DNA of 64,000 nucleotides, from the NCBI GenBank assembly GCA_040285855.1, contig JAUFOQ010000001.1, positions 1,302,001 to 1,366,000 on the forward strand, written 5' to 3'. Source of the DNA: Eukaryota sp. GEM-RC1 (Eukaryota). The number at the start of each line of letters is the position of its first letter. Position 1 is the first letter of the stretch. Under the pieces are notes generated by a model, which did not search any database, was not told the DNA's origin, and saw only the letters and a program-made list of their open reading frames with translations. Shown here piece by piece: positions 58,990 through 64,000 of the stretch. The translations under genes were made by a program, and so were the position numbers.

Positions 58990-59740
58990 CACTAGGTGCA
59001 ACACTCGTTGATTAGATAACCGTGCCGTTTACAGTAGTTGCATTTTTTTCGAATCGGGTCATTTTGTTGCTCAAACTAGAAGCAAGGGAAAGAACTTTAT
59101 GAATAAGAAAACCCATTCTATAAGACGATGACGATCCACGTCATTACTCGTCAACAATTTGGTTGTGCATCTGTTTTGGTAGGAAAGGATTTTGTAGGCG
59201 ACGGATTCTTAAGGATGTTGAGTTCATATAAAGTATCCAGTCTGTTGACTTCAGTCGCAACTTCGTTGATGAAGTTGCCAAGGGTGTAGTCAGAGACTTT
59301 TTTTTCGAAGGGCCATAATATGCTTGGGACTGGAGGGTAAGCCTCGAAGAAACAGTTTAACGAAGTCATTTTCGTCGTTAATTTGGTCTTCTGTGGTTCT
59401 TCGTTTGAGGGTGACGAATTTGTCTACATAGGTGAATGCGTCAATAGTTGGGGCCGGCATACGGAGTTGTTCGAAGTGGTGTACCGCGCTTTCGGTAGAC
59501 TCGAAGGCAAACATTGATTCGAGGTAGGTTCTTAGAGTTTCAGAGGAGGCAACGGCTGCAGGGTTCGTATTTTCTAAGCGAGTGATGATGTTAGGGCTCA
59601 CTAGGCTACGTAGGATAAGGTCGTTTTTCTTGGGATTCGTTCCAGGTAGCGGAGGAAGTGGCGTTTAACGTCAGGAACTTGCTGACGGAATCTGGGTTTA
59701 GATTATGTAGGAAAGGGAGAGTTGTCATTACAAGACACAA
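58990..59740 (-). mobile_element. Decayed gag of an LTR retrotransposon
   Basis: LPFLHNLNPDSVSKFL, YVDKFVTLKRR, FVKLFLRGL and a degenerate knuckle CNYCKRHGYLINEC (about 59000-59042), collinear with the gag at 44333-45277. Confidence 0.6.
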
Positions 59741-61704
59741 TAACTTAGGCGACAGTGGATTGGAGAAAATAATCTGGGTCCCAGACGATGTCACTGTCAT
59801 ACTAAAGAGTAATTGTGTTGGATGAAAGTGTGTGAGATCTACCTGAAAGAGTGAAATTGATTCCAACAGGAATACTCTGGCTGTTTAAGAAGAGCTCAAG
59901 AGAGAGTGGGAGGAAGATGTTGATCTGGACTGACTTGAGAAAAGTTTAAGAGTCGTGGTTTTGTCATATGTGGTGAAGTAACGAGTGTGCCCGTGTATAT
60001 TTAAAAGAACAAGATATTGTGAGAGTCAAATTAGCTTCAAAAATGCATTTCAAATGAAATGGGTAACAGTGAGATATTTATCAGTGTTTTTGTACCAGTT
60101 CGTGGCCTTTTAAAAATTGGCAGAAGTGTTTGAGTATCAAATATCTACACCATTCCAGCCATCCGAAAATGTTGTGTGGTTTGTCTGGCCAATCAGGTGT
60201 TAAGATGCGACTGAAAGTTGAGTTGTTTTTGGTGGCCATCATTTTTTCCTTTTGATAACAAATACCAGATTGGTGAAGTTTGCCTGTAAATTTTCTCACA
60301 TTTATTACAAAATTTATTCTGTTTACGATGTCCCCCAAAGGAGCTCCTGTGGATAAGCTCATGTCAACTCGCATTTCTAATTTAATCTCCCCTTGTGTTG
60401 CTATTGATGTATATAGCTTTGTTATGACAAACATCCAAGACGATCACTTCAACTAGACACAGTTTGTTTCCTGTTTGACCTCTCTTTATTCTGGTGGAAT
60501 TCTTTACACTTTTGGGGGTGCGCATACCATGAATAATATTATCGTGATTGTGTATATCACATCCATCCACCACAATACAACTTCGTGGACAAAGCGGGAT
60601 TGGTATATCACAGCCTTCCAAGTTATCTAAACTTCTATCTTGAGTATTTTATGTAATTGTTTACTCTGATATTTTCGACAATGGTTGCTGGAAACGGAAT
60701 CAAATCATATTTGATTAAACTTCACCTTAAAAATATTCGTCTGTTTCATCATCGACTGGCATATCAACACGTCGAAAAAGATGGAATTTTGGTTCAGTTC
60801 AGAATTTGTTTGAATTGTTGTATTTTTCTCAAACAACTCTGCCCAGGAATTCAATGTTCTAAGAGAAGCGTCCAAAGTATCGTCAAGATCTTGGAATTGT
60901 TCAACTGAGATGCTGAGACATTCCTCTTTCAAGCTCGCTTTGTAGTGTATTCAGCAGGACCTTTTGTAAATATGTTAGCTTTCAGAAAGAGGTGTACCGA
61001 TTGATGAAAACTTGTAAAAACTAGGGCGTAGAATTTTTTTTGAATTGTACTCCAAGATTGTTGAATCTTCGACAGTTTTAAATACATTTATTGCTCTTTT
61101 TATCAATTTTTTGTCCCGATTTGACATTAGGCAAAAGTCATCAGGCAAATCTCTCAAAGCAATATTGAGGATACCGAGGGTTGGTTTTTGACAGTTCAGT
61201 CTAATTGTAAGTGGAGAGTATCTTTATCATCGTAATTAACGTTCACTTGACATTGATTGAAATAACACAGGACCGTAACATGTTTATTACAATTAGTTGT
61301 TCTGGCAATATCTTACTGTATCCTTGGTAAATATAATAGTTAACTAAAGAGATAAGCTGTACATTGTTTTTAAACTCTATAAACTTCTCGCAATATAGGG
61401 ATGGTAAGAATCCAATTGTTCTGGGTAAACCAATGGATTGGTTCTGGTTTGGTTCTAAATTCGAATCTATCGTGGTTTTGTTTTTGAATTGGTTCCAACT
61501 GAAAAACCAGGACCCAACCAGAATCATCAGACCTGTAGTAAATCTAAACTGACGGTGTTTCATTTTATGTAGTTCTTACTTACATATCATACTGAAAGTA
61601 CATAATTTTAAAAAATTCTCCTCTATTATTACATACGGATTTTAGACAAATCTTCTATCCTTAAAAATACATAAAGTCTAAAAACGTAAACAACATTTAC
61701 AATA

Positions 61705-62154
61705 CTATTTTATGACATGGTCTTGAACCCCCAAGAGTTTCTTCAAAATTCCATGGAAATACTGAAACATTGGACGAAATATAGAGAAAATGAGACGATC
61801 CTCCGAAAAGCTAATGTGAAACTTCTTACCAAATTCATAACACAATTGATTAAAAAATGACAAATAAGTGTGAGCTGCAGAACCCAAATAGCCATATATT
61901 AATATACCGAATGGTTGAAACACCACAGCATTATGTCTTTGTGTATTCAAATTAAATATATAATCATATTAACGAAGACATTTCATATTTTCCGCATTAT
62001 CCAAAGGTGGATATTGATCGTCCAATATTTTACTACCAGTACGACATGGATCCACAGCGGTCAAATCCAAAACAACTTCTTCACAATTTAACCATGTACC
62101 AGTTAAATCACCACGATGTTTATCACAAATGAAAAAATCAGAAAATGCGGACAA
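61705..62154 (-). mobile_element. 3' remnant of an RLE-type non-LTR retrotransposon
   Basis: HRGDL...VVLDLTAVDP...LDNAENMK...VFQPFGILIYGYLGSAAH...DRLIFSIFR shows the (P/G)D...D...K catalytic layout. Confidence 0.7.
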
Positions 62155-63082
62155 TATAATTTCAATTTTATCACAGATTTTATTTTAGTTAAGATAAACG
62201 AACAAAAGTGTGTGAAACCTCTCTTGATAGATAAATGTATACTTAAGTAGTTACATAAGCTTTCGCAATAGATAAACTATCATATGATGTTGTTCGGGAG
62301 ACACAATCGCAAAGTCAGCACTTGTACACAATAGCTAAACAAATTAGGTATTTGGTCAATGTACATCGAGCCACTTGGATGAACTTAGTTGGAAATGTTG
62401 GCGAAGCTTCATATTGGGGCTCAAGTTGAGGTTCATCTTCAGGGGAAACATTTTATATGTCCGATTTGTAGCAAAAACTTGAATTTTATTATTAGAAGTA
62501 AACAGATATTTAGACTCAAGATAAAAGCCATATGGCTCGTGAATCCGGTTTGGTGTAGATCGGATGTGTGTGGTTGTGGTATGGTTTGCCAATTGACGAC
62601 GCACATCGGACATTGTTTAAAAAGACCTGAGTAATCCATCACTCAACCAATTTTCCTGATTGATCACAACAGAATGACGTTTTTTGAACTGGATCTGCTT
62701 TATCATTAAATAAGCGCCACATAGGCTTTGGAATTGGTTATGCTTGGAAATATATTAAAATACTTAATGTTTCCTTAATTTCTGATGTGGTATTTAAGTA
62801 TCATACAGTTCCAAAAAGAGTGATACACAAAAATGCTCTCCAAAGCTTCGATTTAATTGTTTTGAACTCATAAAAATACACGGAAGACAACCTTTCACTC
62901 AACGACCACCAGTAAGAATGAATGAACGTGAAACTGTAATGGAAGCAAATTCCAAAATAATTGTCATAAATGTTGAAATGTCAACTTCCAGTAGTTGCTG
63001 TCTTCCACTCGAATTAGCTTCAGGATTCCTAAATTAATTTGAATCACTGCTTAAACGAGGAGAATTACCAATGTTATCAACT

Positions 63083-64000
63083 TTATTGAACGATTTCTAG
63101 TTCATGATCACTATAATATAATGAAGCAAATGGATAATAATTACCACTACTTAATCTGGGAAGAGTTGCAGTAAGATTAATTGAAGTATTACTCACGGAT
63201 TTGATTGTTAAAGTGTTATTAACTAGATTTGCATTGATTTCGAGTAATTCACCACGATTCCACTTAGTCTTGTTCCTTGAAAGACCAAAGCAAGCAATGA
63301 TTGAAAGTACCGTGAGCATCCATATAACATCCACTGTCAACACTAAACTTTGACTCGTCAATGACTCCAACCCAAAGATTATCAGTATCTCCCTGGTACC
63401 TCAACTTCCAAGTATAATTATTACCTGGATAAATTGGATCTTGTCCCAAGATATTTCTAAACCCAAAACTACCACTTCCAAAAACAACTCTCTTTCTATC
63501 CCCACTAACTTGTAACTGAGAATGTTTCCTAGTTTGAGAGAATCTAATCATTTTTAATGGAGGAACTGGTTGAGACACCAGTTGAGTTTCTGTAGCTGTC
63601 TTTTTTAGTTGTTCAATTTCTTGTTGTAGTTTAGTGTTATCAGTAACAATTTTAGAGTTTTCAGATTTAAAAATCTGATTATCATTAGTTAAACTAGAAA
63701 TTTGCGTGGATAACTGAGAATTTAGTTTTCAACTGGGAGTTTTCCGTTGCTAAATCAGAATTGTCGACTTCTACTTCAGTAATTTTAGTTGTTAATTCAG
63801 ATACTTTGGTTGGTAAATCAGAATTTTCTTCCCTGAATTCAGAGACTTCCTTCACCAACGAATCAAAATAAAGATTCTTAACTCTTGTAAACAAAAACTT
63901 CATCAAATCGACTTCCAATGCTTCAACATCTTTTAAGGGAACAAACAGAAACTCATCCCATTGTTGAAAAGATAAGGCTTCAATTGAACAAGAATTAAGA
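63083..64000 (-). pseudogene. BTB-coiled-coil-SPRY paralog, 5' part outside the window, with frameshifts/stop near 63695 and 63280
   Basis: MKFLFTRVKNLYFDSLV matches the linker of 32818-34418. The SPRY module is split between ORFs 63264-63578 and 63083-63370. Confidence 0.85.

Noticed and set aside
61396..61535. Possible hAT MITE starting TAGGGATG with GGTT/AACC repeats
   Set aside because: No convincing matching right TIR and no 8-bp TSD. At most a decayed end.
62389..62634. Cys-rich ORF (CPIC...CGC) as a zinc-finger gene
   Set aside because: Short, non-ATG start, no recognisable family.
6024..64000. Programmed frameshifting or an alternative genetic code to explain split ORFs
   Set aside because: Many breaks are 1-bp indels in homopolymers (near 7085, 7150, 22675, 33117 and 39945) that are absent from intact paralogs. 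All three stop codons terminate homologous genes. Assembly error or decay is simpler.
1..64000. tRNA, rRNA or other known RNA genes
   Set aside because: None recognised by eye. A tRNAscan-SE/Infernal run would be needed to exclude them.

Overview
AT-rich, apparently intron-poor genomic DNA from a microbial eukaryote. It uses the standard genetic code, since homologous genes end in TAA, TGA and TAG; the lineage cannot be determined from this window. It is a repeat-rich accessory region. Host genes: (i) five copies of a closely related C-terminal SPRY/B30.2-like module, four in BTB-coiled-coil-type genes (intact, frameshifted or truncated) and one fused to a RING-protein kinase; (ii) a tandem array of four CAMKK-like Ser/Thr kinases that all lack the Gly-rich loop; (iii) a frameshifted RNI-like LRR gene and an LRR pseudogene; (iv) an EF-hand-like gene convergent with a possible WDR93-like gene; (v) an isolated CCT3 chaperonin fragment. 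Mobile DNA: a near-complete but inactivated 6.2-kb chromodomain-bearing Ty3/Gypsy element with about 130-bp LTRs and no canonical tRNA primer site, remnants of related short-LTR elements, two hAT MITEs with 8-bp target-site duplications (TSDs), a pogo/Tc1-type MITE, hAT and MULE transposase fragments, and five remnants of RLE-type (restriction-like endonuclease) non-LTR retrotransposons. The most striking signal is the SPRY module: a nearly invariant framework with four hypervariable patches that change at codon positions 1-2 while position 3 is largely kept, reused on different effector N-termini. It is a candidate diversified ligand-recognition/ubiquitin-ligase receptor repertoire. Many frameshifts fall in homopolymers and may be assembly errors. 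All domain calls come from motifs read by eye; no searches were run.
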